From: Octopus bimaculoides | Lineage: Eukaryota | NCBI RefSeq assembly: GCF_001194135.2 | Contig: NC_068981.1 | Coordinates: 167,111,438-167,175,437 of the forward strand | DNA length: 64,000 nt | Direction: 5' to 3' | In this document: positions 1-12,601 of the stretch, piece by piece | Numbering within the stretch: position 1 is the first letter of the stretch | Layout: each line of letters opens with the position of its first letter | The notes under the pieces: generated by a model | What the model saw: only the letters and a program-made list of their open reading frames with translations | What the model was told of the DNA's origin: nothing | Databases searched by the model: none | Translations under genes and position numbers: made by a program

Positions 1-934
1 CTCATTCACTACAGTCACCATATGTCATTTCATTTGTGTGTACCTTCCTGTACATGTACGCTGGTGTGAAAATGTGTGTGTTATGAATATCTATATGTGT
101 ATTTGTAATTATGCATGAGCCTGCATCTCATTATGTGTTTTTTAAGTGCATGTGTGTCAACTTTATCAGCAGACGTGTTTTCTTACACTATTAACTTGAT
201 AATTCAACTTCAAGGGTGATCTAGTGACACAGTATCTCAAATTATACCTAAAATATTCATTGAAAGTTCAAGCTTAGTACACAATGCCCAAAATTTGAAA
301 GGTGAGAAAAAAAACCCCAAACCCTCAAGAAAATGCTGCAATATAAATATCCAAACTTTTTATTTTAATTTTATCAGGTCCACACCTGTTGGTTGGATGA
401 ATTAATGAATAAATTACAACATCTGGTGTGCTACAATTGCCAACATTTAAGATGAGAACCATTTTAATGCAAACAGAAGATAAGAGAAGGCATGATAGAA
501 TGGTTAAAAAGTTTGTTTTACAATCACATGGCTTTAGATTCTGTTCCTACTATGCAGGACCTTCAGCAAGGCAACAATCTTCTTTGTTTAGTGCGTCCTT
601 TTAGGGGACGCCTAAAATATGTTACATGTTTAATTCGTTAGTAATGAATAACTACAATGACACAGAGAGTTCATGATGCATTCAACAAAAGATTTATTGT
701 AACACAGTGAAAATGTACACATACAAATGGAAATTCAATTCAAATGTATTCATACAAGTGGAAACACAATTCAAACAAATGTGTTCATACTAAGAACAGT
801 TAATGGTCAAGTTGTAAACATTAACCCTAGGAACAATTGAATACTGGTTGCAATTCACTTAAGAATTTGTTGAGTGCGTGTTGCCAGACTTCAGGTCAAC
901 ACAACAAGCTAACACTAGAATAAGTCAATTGAAA

Positions 935-1220
935 GGTCAAACTCCAGTGTTTGACCTGAGTCAAAAAAAAATTTTAAAAGAGTGCAATAGGTGTAAAACA
1001 ATATGTAGTGAACGAATATGAAAAAAAAATGCATGCTGCCGAACGGAGGGCAGGGGAGAGGACTCGGAAAATTCACACAATCCGAAAACTCAATGTTAAC
1101 AGAGTCCTCTCCCCCACTCCCCGTTCACCAGCATGCATTTTTTTCATATTCATTTACTACATGTTTTACACCTATTGCACTATTTTTTTTTTTGCTTGGG
1201 TCAAACACTGGAGTTTGACC
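935..1220. mobile_element. Foldback MITE-like palindrome (~125-bp arms, ~38-nt loop)
   Basis: GGTCAAACTCCAGTGTTTGACC...GCATGCTG...GGGGAGAGGACTC and its reverse complement ending CTGGAGTTTGACC. Confidence 0.75.
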
Positions 1221-1647
1221 AAAACGCGACTGGTTTGAACCTGGAGAAAACTGTCTTTATAGCAATGCCATTCAGAGATAACTCAGGTAAATAAACCTAA
1301 TCACATTAATGGTGTCACCGGTCTTCACACATGCCTATATTTGTATATAAGTATATGTGTGTATGTCTTTGTGTTTGTGCTTGAACCTCTCACTGCTTGA
1401 CAACAGGTGTTAGTTTGTCTTTTATCTTTTACCTGTTTTAGCCTCTAGACTTTGACCATGCTGGGGCATTACCTTGAATCTTTAGTCAAATGAATTGACT
1501 CCCAGTACTTCTTTTTTTAAACTCAGTACTTATTCTATTGGGCTCCTCTGCCGAACCACTAAGTTACAGGGATGCAAACACACCAACACTGGTTGTCAAG
1601 TACTGGTAGTGAGACAAACACAGACACAAAAACACACACATACACGT

Positions 1648-1703
<56 letters not shown>

Positions 1704-2362
1704 TTGTTTTGCAAGATTTTTTATGTGAAATCGTGTGTTGAAANNNNNNNNNNNNNNNNNNNNNNNNNNNNNNNNNNNNNNNNNNNNNNNNNNNNNNNNN
1801 NNNNNNNNNNNNNNNNNNNNNNNNNNNNNNNNNNNNNNNNNNNNNNNNNNNNNNNNNNNNNNNNNNNNNNNNNNNNNNNNNNNNNNNNNNNNNNNNNNNN
1901 NNNNNNNNNNNNNNNNNNNNNNNNNNNNNNNNNNNNNNNNNNNNNNNNNNNNNNNNNNNNNNNNNNNNNNNNNNNNNNNNNNNNNNNNNNNNNNNNNNNN
2001 NNNNNNNNNNNNNNNNNNNNNNNNNNNNNNNNNNNNNNNNNNNNNNNNNNNNNNNNNNNNNNNNNNNNNNNNNNNNNNNNNNNNNNNNNNNNNNNNNNNN
2101 NNNNNNNNNNNNNNNNNNNNNNNNNNNNNNNNNNNNNNNNNNNNNNNNNNNNNNNNNNNNNNNNNNNNNNNNNNNNNNNNNNNNNNNNNNNNNNNNNNNN
2201 NNNNNNNNNNNNNNNNNNNNNNNNNNNNNNNNNNNNNNNNNNNNNNNNNNNNNNNNNNNNNNNNNNNNNNNNNNNNNNNNNNNNNNNNNNNNNNNNNNNN
2301 NNNNNNNNNNNNNNNNNNNNNNNNNNNNNNNNNNNNNNNNNNNNNNNNNNNNNNNNNNNNNN

Positions 2363-2406
<44 letters not shown>

Positions 2407-2537
2407 CAATTCATTCTAGAATCAATAAATATATATAGTTTTAAATCTCTAAAATGTCTAAAAAGTAAGGTAAAATAAAGTATACAGGCATATGCAATGA
2501 TATAAACTTCAGAAATATCATGAATGTTTAAAATATT

Positions 2538-3050
2538 TCATCATCATCATCATCATCGTTTAACGTCCGCTTTCCATGCTAGCATGGGTTGGACGATTTG
2601 ACTGAGGACTGGTGAAACCAGATGGCTACACCAGGCTCCAATCTGATTTGGCAGAGTTTCTACAGCTGGATGCCCTTCCTAACGCTAACCACTCTGAGAA
2701 TGTAGTGGGTGCTTTTACGTTCCACCAGCACAAGGGCCAGTCAGGCAGAACTGGCAACGGCCACACTCAAAATGGAGTATTTTATGTGCCACCTGCACAG
2801 TCCAGCGGCACTGGCAACGATCTCGCTCAAATGACTTTTCACGTGCCAGGAAGGTGACGCTGGTAACGATCACACTTGAACGGTGCTCTTAGTGCTCCAC
2901 TGGTACAGGTGTCATCACGATTTCACTTTCGCTTGCCCCAACAGGTCTTCGCAAGCCGAGTTTAGTGTCCAATCAAGGAGAGGTTGGCATGGGGGCCACT
3001 CATCGAATTTAGTTCGATTTCGATTTTGATTTCACTTGCCTCATACCCTA
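2538..3050 (-). mobile_element. 3' end of the same RTE LINE family (representative copy)
   Basis: (CAT)n-CGTTTAACGTCCGCTTTCCATGCTAGCATGGGTTGGACG... Other copies at approx 5330-5500, 6426-6570, 7020-7495, 17750-18064, 21580-21870, 22450-22575, 27856-28145, 30290-30545, 31285-31520 and 34560-35050. Confidence 0.85.
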
Positions 3051-4443
3051 AACCTGGGACACAGCTTGGTGTACACAATTCTTATATAAAGAGGAATACT
3101 TTTATGAGGCTTGTTTCCCCCCATCTTTGATCTATCTGGCTTTTGCCCCCACTTGAGATCAGCCCTAAATATGTATGGGAAGTAGCTGTGAAAAGTATGG
3201 AAGTCCCTGATCAACCACTTGTTATATCTTTTATTTTTTTACTAGCTTCAGTCATAAGACTGTGGCCAGGCTGGAGCAACACCTTGAAGAATTTTTAGTC
3301 AAATGAATCAACCCCAGTACAGTTTCTTTTTAAAGCCTGGTACTTATTCTATCGGTTTCTTTTGATGAACCTCTAAGTTATGGGGACATAAACAAGCTAA
3401 CACTAGTTGTCAAGCAATGGTGTGGGACAAATACAGGCACAAACACACATACATGCATATGTGCATGTACACACTCACCCCCACACTTGCACCTTTGTAG
3501 ATGATATTAAGTTACATGCCGAGTCCAAGATACTGCTTCAAAAATCTTTTCCAGGTTGCCAAAGCCTTATAGTTGTGGCATCAGTATGGCACTTGGATTT
3601 AATAAATTCACCTGTGCCACTTTCAAAAGGGGAAGGTTGACTATATTTATTAACACCCACAGTCTGACATTTCAAAGAAATGGAAGTAGATATGTCATGT
3701 AGAAATCTGATAATTAACTGGGATCAACCGATTCTGCATGCAAGAATGAAGAAAATAATCTGGAAGGAATGCACCCACTGGACTAGAATGACCCTGAAAA
3801 AATAAAAAATAGGGAACTCAACTCAGATCATAAGATGAAAGAGCACTTAACACTGTAGCAGTTCCTGCAGCAAATTATGGATTCAGTATGGAAGACATAA
3901 CTTGCTGCTATGGAATAAGCAAATAACAAAAACAAATTAAATGCAAAATCCGCATCATCATATCATCATCATCGCTATCGTTGATGTCATCATCATCATT
4001 GTTGTCATCATCATCGTTGTCATCGTCATCATCATCATCATCTGCTAATGTTCATCATCAGCATCAACATTAGCATCAATGTCAGCATGAGCATGGGTTG
4101 GATGGTTTTGCAGGATCCAATAGGATCAAGGACTGCATTGTGAACCAATGTCTACTTCAGCTGGAGTTTTACTCCTGGATACCCTTCCTGACATCAGCTG
4201 ACCAAAGGAAAGTATTGACTGAATTTAGACTACATCTTCCAAAAGTTGACAAGTATCACATTTATACAGTTCTATATTTAAGAGATGAGGAATTATGTAC
4301 ATTGTTTACATTTGATGGATATTTATCCTCATCCTGCTTGTTGTCAACACAACATTCCAGCTGATACACCCTCCAGCCCCCACCAGGTGTCCTGGGGAAA
4401 CTTCGAACCTGGATTCTCATTCCTAAGGTATTTTTCAATGTTG

Positions 4444-4487
<44 letters not shown>

Positions 4488-7400
4488 AATCTTAGGAATG
4501 AGAACCCAGGCTCGAAACCTCCCCAAGACAACCGATGAAGGCTGGAGGGTACATCAGCTGAAATGCTGCGCTAACAACAAACAAGATAAGGACAAATATA
4601 TCCGTCAATTGTAAATAATGTAAATAATGTATGACATTTATGTTCCAAGACAGAATGAAAAGAAGCTACCATGCTACCATGCTAGCAATGTCCATAATCC
4701 CCAAACTGAAAGCTCCCTGGAATGCACAGTCCAGTTTATTCTAGATTCTTCTAAGGTGGTGAGCTGGCAGAAATGTTAGCATGCCAGGTGAAATGCTTAG
4801 CGGTATTTCGTCTGTCTTTACGTTCTGAGTTCAAATTCTGCTGAGGTTGACTTTGCCTTTCATCCTTTTGGGGTCGATAAATTAGGTACCAGTTGTGTAC
4901 TGGGGTCGATCTAATTGACTGGCCTCCTCCCCCAAAATTTCGGGTCTTGTGTCTAGAGTAGAAAAGAATATCTAGATTCTTCTACAGAATTTCATTACTT
5001 TTTCCCACACTTATTGACTACATGAGNNNNNNNNNNNNNNNNATACATTATTATCCAATTAGCAGAAAAGTCTGAATACCTAGCAACAATCCTGATACCA
5101 GGTGCCCAATCCTGGCCTTTGCTTGACTCAGGACTGTAGTTCCATCAAAGAGTTGAGGAACAATTTTGTCTTACAAAAGTCTACAACTCCTGTTCCCTAT
5201 CATTGTATCTCTATAGTAGGAGTAAGTCTTCTATACATGCATGTAAAAGTACCTGTCCTGGTGCTACATAAAAATAAAAAAAAATCCTATATCAGCACCA
5301 CATAAAAGCAATCATGCTTGTGCCACATTAAAAACTCCCAGTTACACACTGTAAAGTGGTTTGTGTTAGGAAGCACATTCAGCCATAGAAATCAAACCAA
5401 ATCAGACTGGAACCAGGCACAGCTCTCCTGCCTGCCAGCTCTGATCAAACCATCCAACCCACACCAGCATGGAGAATGGACATAAAATGATGATGATGAC
5501 GATTACCATTTTGGTGCAGTATAATTCTAGATTCAAATTCTGAAACAGCCTTAGATTATTTTCTTCTTTCAGAGATATTATGTGCTCATGATCTCTGAGT
5601 AAAACCTTCCATCTTTAGAATATACATAATTTTGATTTTCTATACACAAAAAAAAAAATATTTTCTTCTTACATAATTATTCCATTGCCTGAGTGTCTGC
5701 GAATCTGCCTGTATGCATTAAACAAGAACACATGGCTTTTCTATTTCTTTTTTCTTATCCAGTCATTGAGTTTACAAAATGTCATTCTTCTTCTTCTTCT
5801 TCCTCCTCTTCCTTTTCTTCTTCTTCTTCTTCTTCTTCTTCTTCTTCTTCTTCTATTCCTAAGCTTGTTTCATGCATTAGACAGGGCCATACTGGAGCAC
5901 TGCCTTGAAGGGTTTTAGTCACTGAAATCAACAGTGGTTCTTTGTTTTGTTAAGTTTGGTACTTGTAGTAGTCTTACTTTTTTTGTTTTTGCTTAACCAA
6001 TAATTCTTGAAGATGTAAACTAGCCAACGCTGGTTGTTAAGCAGACAGACAGACAGACACGCACACACACACACACACATACATGTGTGTGTGTGTGTGC
6101 ATGTCTGAGCATGTGTGTGCATTTGTGTGTGTGCATGCGTGAGTGAGTGTTATTTTAACAAAGAAAAGGTTGACAGTAACTTTGAAGTTTCAGCTTAGTC
6201 TCCCTTGTCTGTAAAAGACTTTTCCAAGCCTAAAACTCAAAATGCATTGAGTGATCCTTGAATTAAAGCTCCATTGATTTNNNNNNNNNNNNNNNNNNNN
6301 NNNNNNNNNNNNNNNNNNNNNNNNNNNNNNNNNNNNNNNNNNNNNNNNNNNNNNNNNNNNNNNNNNNNNNNNNNNNNNNNNNNNNNNNNNNNNNNNNNNN
6401 NNNNATATATATATATATATATATAGGGCATCCAGCTGTAGAAACTCTGCCAAATTAGATTGGAGCCTGGTGTAGCCATCTGGTTGCACCAGTCCTCAGT
6501 CAAATCGTCCAACCCATGCTAGCATGGAAAGCGGATGTTAAACGATGATAATGATGATGATGATGATATATATATATACATACATATACATATATATGCA
6601 CATATACATACATATAGACATAATTAAAGGATAAAATCATTAAAATAAATGAATTTTATCAGTGGCCAGCATATAAAAACTACCTGAATAGTTTTATACA
6701 ATTTTGGTCAGTAGACTTTTCCCTATTTCAACCTGTGTATATTATAAGGTGATGATTCAGAGTGGCTGGATGTAATTGGTGCCTATTTCCAGCATATAGA
6801 CATGGTAGCTTCTGTACCCTTAATTATAGTTGTATCCTATAAAATTTATATATCTCTAAATATATAAACATACATATATATCTATCAATAGATAGATACA
6901 TACATATGTACGTATGTATTTGCATATATATGCTTATATATATATCTATATGCATATATATATATGTGTGTATGTCATAAGATCTGCAAATCTAATGGAG
7001 GCTTCAAAAGACATCTTAAGATCCACAATATATCATCATCATCTTCACCATTTAATGTCCATTCTCTACGCTGGCATGGGTTGGACAGTTTGACTGGGCT
7101 GGCACACTGCAAGGCTGCATCAGGATCCATAGTTTTCTACAGCTGGATGTCCTTCCCAATGCCGACCATTCCAAGACTGTAATGTGTGCTTTTATGTGCC
7201 ACCAGCACGGGTGCCAGTTGCATGACACCGGTATCTGCCATAATTGCAGTTTTGCTTGACTTGATGGGTCTTCTACACAAGCACGATATAATGCCAAATG
7301 TCTTGCTCGTTGCCTCCATGAAGTCCAACACTCGAAAGGAGCTAGGCCACTTTGCGCCCATGAGACCCGATGCTCAAAAGGAATTCAGCCACCTTGCTAC

Positions 7401-8451
7401 CTTGAGGTCCACTTGAAAGGAGCTCGGCCACCTCGCTTCTGTGAGGCCCAACACTCAAAAGGAACTCAGCCAATTTTCCCCCATGAGGCCAAGCTACAAA
7501 TCCATTTAATACTTAAGTGCAAAGAATAATTCTGTGAGTCAGACTTGAGTATTGATGATGTTTTAAATTTCTGAAACTGACTTTTTTTGCTATTCAAAAT
7601 TAATTGGAAATTCATCACTGAAGTAAGATATATAGACAGCAGACAGATAGACGATCAGAGAAGCACTCTGAGTCAAACGCAATTATCTATTACATTCCAG
7701 TACCACCTGACTGGCCTTCGTAGGATTTTCGAGTGAGATCGTTGCCAGTGCCCCTGGACTGGCTCTTGTGCGGGTGGCACATAAANNNNNNNNNNNNNNN
7801 NNNNNNNNNNNNNNNNNNNNNNNNNNNNNNNNNNNNNNNNNNNNNNNNNNNNNNNNNNNNNNNNNNNNNNNNNNNNNNNNNNNNNNNNNNNNNNNNNNNN
7901 NNNNNNNNNNNNNNNNNNNNNNNNNNNNNNNNNNNNNNNNNNNNNNNNNNNNNNNNNNNNNNNNNNNNNNNNNNNNNNNNNNNNNNNNNNNNNNNNNNNN
8001 NNNNNNNNNNNNNNNNNNNNNNNNNNNNNNNNNNNNNNNNNNNNNNNNNNNNNNNNNNNNNNNNNNNNNNNNNNNNNNNNNNNNNNNNNNNNNNNNNNNN
8101 NNNNNNNNNNNNNNNNNNNNNNNNNNNNNNNNNNNNNNNNNNNNNNNNNNNNNNNNNNNNNNNNNNNNNNNNNNNNNNNNNNNNNNNNNNNNNNNNNNNN
8201 NNNNNNNNNNNNNNNNNNNNNNNNNNNNNNNNNNNNNNNNNNNNNNNNNNNNNNNNNNNNNNNNNNNNNNNNNNNNNNNNNNNNNNNNNNNNNNNNNNNN
8301 NNNNNNNNNNNNNNNNNNNNNNNNNNNNNNNNNNNNNNNNNNNNNNNNNNNNNNNNNNNNNNNNNNNNNNNNNNNNNNNNNNNNNNNNNNNNNNNNNNNN
8401 NNNNNNNNNNNNNNNNNNNNNNNNNNNNNNNNNNNNNNNNNNNNNNNNNNN

Positions 8452-8487
<36 letters not shown>

Positions 8488-8605
8488 GTATATGTATATA
8501 TTTATGTAAATATGTGTGTATGTGTGTGTGTTTATGTATGTATATTGCAACTCATGCCAGCATGAACAAAGCACCCATAAAATGTATGTGATGATGATGA
8601 TTATG

Positions 8606-8631
<26 letters not shown>

Positions 8632-8637
<6 letters not shown>

Positions 8638-9714
8638 GAACGCCCACGCGGAGCACCTCCTTAACGAAGAGAAAACTCGCGCGCACAAACGAAGACGCTC
8701 AGTGAGTCAGGATGTTCGTCACGACTAAGCCCGGCTGGAGCACGTAACAATGACAACAGGCAAAAGGAAGAAATAACACGGACCATGCGTTGCGTAGTGA
8801 AACTAACTTTTTTTTTACATCATCAAAACAAAACAACATTGCATAACAATAATTCATGCTTTTGAAATAACATGTAACATTTAGTTTCCAAGCATTTAAC
8901 AAAGATTCCAATCATTGCATAATCAAAAGTTTACAATCAAAGTTTGTGTCTCAAAAGTCAATTAAAAGTTCTTTTTCCTCTTTTGTTTTTCTTTTCTTTT
9001 TAACCACATGTAACAACAAAGTTCTTTCTTTTCTTTCTTTTCAACCAGTTAATATCACAATTAACAAGAGTTAACGAAGTTCTCTTTCTTTTAAAACATG
9101 TAACAACAAAGTACATTTTTCTTTAAAAATATATACACAAACCTTTACCGTAACCAATTCAAATCTCCCACTACAGTGACAAGAACTGACCAACGTAGTC
9201 TACTACAATCTTTTGCCTGCCACAACAGTTCCATCTCTCTGTCCCTCTCTCTCTCAGACTCTATCCATTTCTGCTGACTGGTACCTTCTGACAATAGCCT
9301 CTCTCTGTCAGACTTTCTGTTCATCTTGCTTCTCCACTGGCTGCTGGCCTTCACACACTCGTTCTTCACTGGCTACTGACTTGTACACCGACTGCTCTGT
9401 CCATCTTCACTGGCCAACCGCGCTTACACCAACTGCGTTCGCAAATCTATCCTACCGTATTTATGACAGAAACCATACCCAGCAGTCCTGCGATACCCCT
9501 TCCAAAGCTGGGTCAGTTTAGTACAATTCCTAACTTGTTTTTCTAAACTTTCGATGACCAGAAAGGGTCAGTGATCACACTCCTACGCTATAAATAGCCG
9601 TGCTTATTGACAGGACAAAGGAAATACCAATATCCTGAACAACTAGAAACGGTTTCAAACCCAGCTCGGGGAATAGGGACATAACATTATTTTGTTTTTT
9701 GGCGGTCCGTATCA
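8632..9714 (-). mobile_element. 3' LTR (~1.08 kb) of a Ty3/Gypsy retrotransposon
   Basis: On the minus strand it begins TGATAC directly after a polypurine tract and ends ...CACAACA against a (TA)n run. The 9714 boundary is well supported; the 8632 boundary is inferred. Confidence 0.6.
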
Positions 9715-9728
9715 CTACCCCTTCCCTT
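9715..9728 (-). other. Polypurine tract of the Gypsy element
   Basis: AAGGGAAGGGGTAG immediately 5' of the TG LTR start. Confidence 0.7.
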
Positions 9729-11209
9729 GATCTTTGTCGTCCCGACAAAAGCAAACAACATTTCTAACTCCTTCCTCGATGCTTCTTTGCTTTTTCCTTA
9801 GTGTGTAGTGATTTCGACTCGTCTGCATTTCTCCGCTTGACACACATCCAGTCACTGTGGCACGTTTGCACTTTTTGCTGCGCTCTTCTCTTCCTGCACA
9901 ATGCTTGCAGTCCGGTTCACAAGGACGACGACTCAAACTGTCTGCATTACTATGTACACGCCCTGGATGGTGCTGTACCTCAAAGTTGTGTTGATCTAGT
10001 TTCCATAGCCATCCGCAGTGTCCTCAGCCACTTGAGTGCTGCATGGTCTGTTCTGATGACAAACTGGGAACCGTACAAGTACGGATGGAAGAAGTCAACA
10101 CTCTTCATCACCGCCAAAAGCTCCTTACGGGTTACACAGTAGTTCCGCTCAAGTGGACTGAGCTTTTTGCTGTAATATGCCACCATATATTCCTTGTCGT
10201 CCTTCCTCTGAGACAGTACTCCGCCAATACCATAGCTACTGGCGTCACAGTCCAGTATGAAAGGCTTGCTCAGGTCCGGGTATGGCAACACTGGAGAACT
10301 CACCAACACCTGTTTGAGCCCGTCAAAAGCGCCCTGCGTCACAGCATTCCACTCAAACTTTTGGTTCTTCCCCAGTAGCTTGTGCAACGGTGCAGCCACT
10401 GTTGCAAAGTCTTTCACAAAGCGCCTGTAATAGGTGCACAGTCCTAGGAAACTCCTCAAATCCTTTATACAAGTCAGGACCGGCCAATCCTTCACGGCTG
10501 TCACCTTCTCTGGGTCAGTATGGACACCGTCTTGGCCCACAATATGTCCCAGGTACTTTACTTCCTTCTGAAACAGACTGCACTTCTTCGGGTTCAACTT
10601 GAGGTTTGCAGTTCGAAACCTCTCAAACACCCCCGATAACCTTTCCAGTTCCTGATCAAATGTCCGACCAAAAACTATTACGTCATCAAGATAGATGAGG
10701 GCGGCCTGCCAGTGTAGGCCCTCCAGTACTCGGTCCATGAGACGCTCAAAAGTTGCAGGGGCGTTACACAAACCAAATGGCATCACTTTGAACTGCCACA
10801 AACCCCGTCCGTATGAAAATGCAGTCTTCTCCCTATCCTTTTCAACAACCTTGATTTGATGGTATCCGGCTTTCATATCCAAGGTTGAGAACCACCGAGC
10901 CCCAGCCAAAGCATCAAGCGTGTCGTCAATTCTTGGTAGAGGATACGCATCCTTAACTGTCACCTCATTCAGCGCTTGGTAATCCACACAGTATCTCACT
11001 GTGTCGTCTTTCTTCTGCACTAGAACAACTGCTGAGGACCAGGGACTGTTTGACTTTTCAACTACTCCCTGTCGTCGATATTCCGCCATTACTTCCTCCA
11101 TTTCCCGTCGCTGAACTGGAGCCATCCTCCGAGCTGGCTGCTTGATCGGGTGATGGCCGCCCGTGTCGATATGGTGCTTCACCAGGTCCGTGCATCCAAG
11201 GTCTAGATC
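9715..11209 (-). mobile_element. Gypsy pol: RT plus RNase H, frameshifted linker, no integrase
   Basis: 400-aa ORF with KHHIDTG, SPWSSAVVLVQKKD, YLDD, FILDCDASSYGIGGVLSQ, RNYCVTRKELLA and TDHAAL. It continues after a small deletion as WKLDQHNFEVQHHPGRVHSNADSLSRRPCEPDCKHC, then reaches the PPT. Confidence 0.95.
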
Positions 11210-11740
11210 NNNNNNNNNNNNNNNNNNNNNNNNNNNNNNNNNNNNNNNNNNNNNNNNNNNNNNNNNNNNNNNNNNNNNNNNNNNNNNNNNNNNNNNNNNN
11301 NNNNNNNNNNNNNNNNNNNNNNNNNNNNNNNNNNNNNNNNNNNNNNNNNNNNNNNNNNNNNNNNNNNNNNNNNNNNNNNNNNNNNNNNNNNNNNNNNNNN
11401 NNNNNNNNNNNNNNNNNNNNNNNNNNNNNNNNNNNNNNNNNNNNNNNNNNNNNNNNNNNNNNNNNNNNNNNNNNNNNNNNNNNNNNNNNNNNNNNNNNNN
11501 NNNNNNNNNNNNNNNNNNNNNNNNNNNNNNNNNNNNNNNNNNNNNNNNNNNNNNNNNNNNNNNNNNNNNNNNNNNNNNNNNNNNNNNNNNNNNNNNNNNN
11601 NNNNNNNNNNNNNNNNNNNNNNNNNNNNNNNNNNNNNNNNNNNNNNNNNNNNNNNNNNNNNNNNNNNNNNNNNNNNNNNNNNNNNNNNNNNNNNNNNNNN
11701 NNNNNNNNNNNNNNNNNNNNNNNNNNNNNNNNNNNNNNNN

Positions 11741-12600
11741 TTCCCAAGTCCTTCAGCTTCACGGACTTTTCCTCTCCTCGCCTTGAATCCAGAGCTGCCA
11801 CTCACCCAGAAATTTCCGGTGCTAGATTTGACGCAGGACTCGAACTCCAGAGCCCTAGCCAGCACCTCATGCATCGTACCTGGCCGTGTCTGCTTCACCT
11901 GGACCTTCATATCTACACTGTCCAGCGCATCTATGAACTGTTCCTTTAAAAGAAGAGACAAGAGGTCGGGGGTCGTTGTCGGGTATGCTTTGTGCACAGT
12001 GCTTTCCAAGTCTTGGGCAAGCTGTTGTAGGGGCTTCCCTCGAGCCCTGACACGGGTGCAGAAACGTGCCCTGTACATTTCACTCTGACACATAGTGCCA
12101 TATTTCCTCTCGAGAACTTCAACTAGCACCGAGTATCGATTCCTGTCTGCTTTCGACAGCTGGCCCAGCATCTCCAATGCAGGACCCTTCAGACTAGTGG
12201 CAAGCTGAAAGGCTCTTTGCCCCTCGTCCCAATCGTTTTGGTCCGTTAGCATCTCGAACTGGATCCGGTAGGCTTCCCACGATACCTTGCCATCGAACTC
12301 CTGTGGCTTCTTCCTAATGGGGACCACACCGCTACTTCGAACTCCAGGAGACCCGCGTTCAGACGTCGGAGCATCACAAGATGACGCAGCAACAGCAACT
12401 ACTTCGGGTTTAGCAACCCCAGGCTTGGCAGCACAGAATTTTTCGACGCGCTCCATCCTCTTGTTAAGCCTTTCCATCTGCTGTTTGCACCATGCGACAT
12501 CGTCACTCAGTCCACGGAACTCCTCCTTAAATTGTCGGTGATCCTCCTGCAACCTCTGTTGCTCTTTCCTGAGTTCAGCGAAACACTCCTTCTGCTCTTC
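11741..12600 (-). mobile_element. Gypsy gag (coiled coil plus capsid)
   Basis: KPQEFDGKVSWEAYRIQFE...QLATSLKGPALE...KEQFIDAL. Same strand as pol, separated from it by an N gap. Confidence 0.9.
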
Positions 12601-12601
12601 C

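Noticed and set aside
2602-2630. CTGAGGA-CTGGT-GAAAC in RTE 3' ends resembling a hammerhead core
   Set aside because: No UH cleavage triplet closes stem III and there is no stem I.
3688-3795. Strong acceptor plus AATAAA as a terminal BBS4 exon; also 7510-7617
   Set aside because: No convincing similarity to BBS4, and early stops occur in the phase required.
6190-6280. RLGKVFYRQG (minus strand) as a TPR-like BBS4 3' exon
   Set aside because: A stop follows within a few codons, the phase does not fit exon 11, and it does not align to the BBS4 C-terminus.
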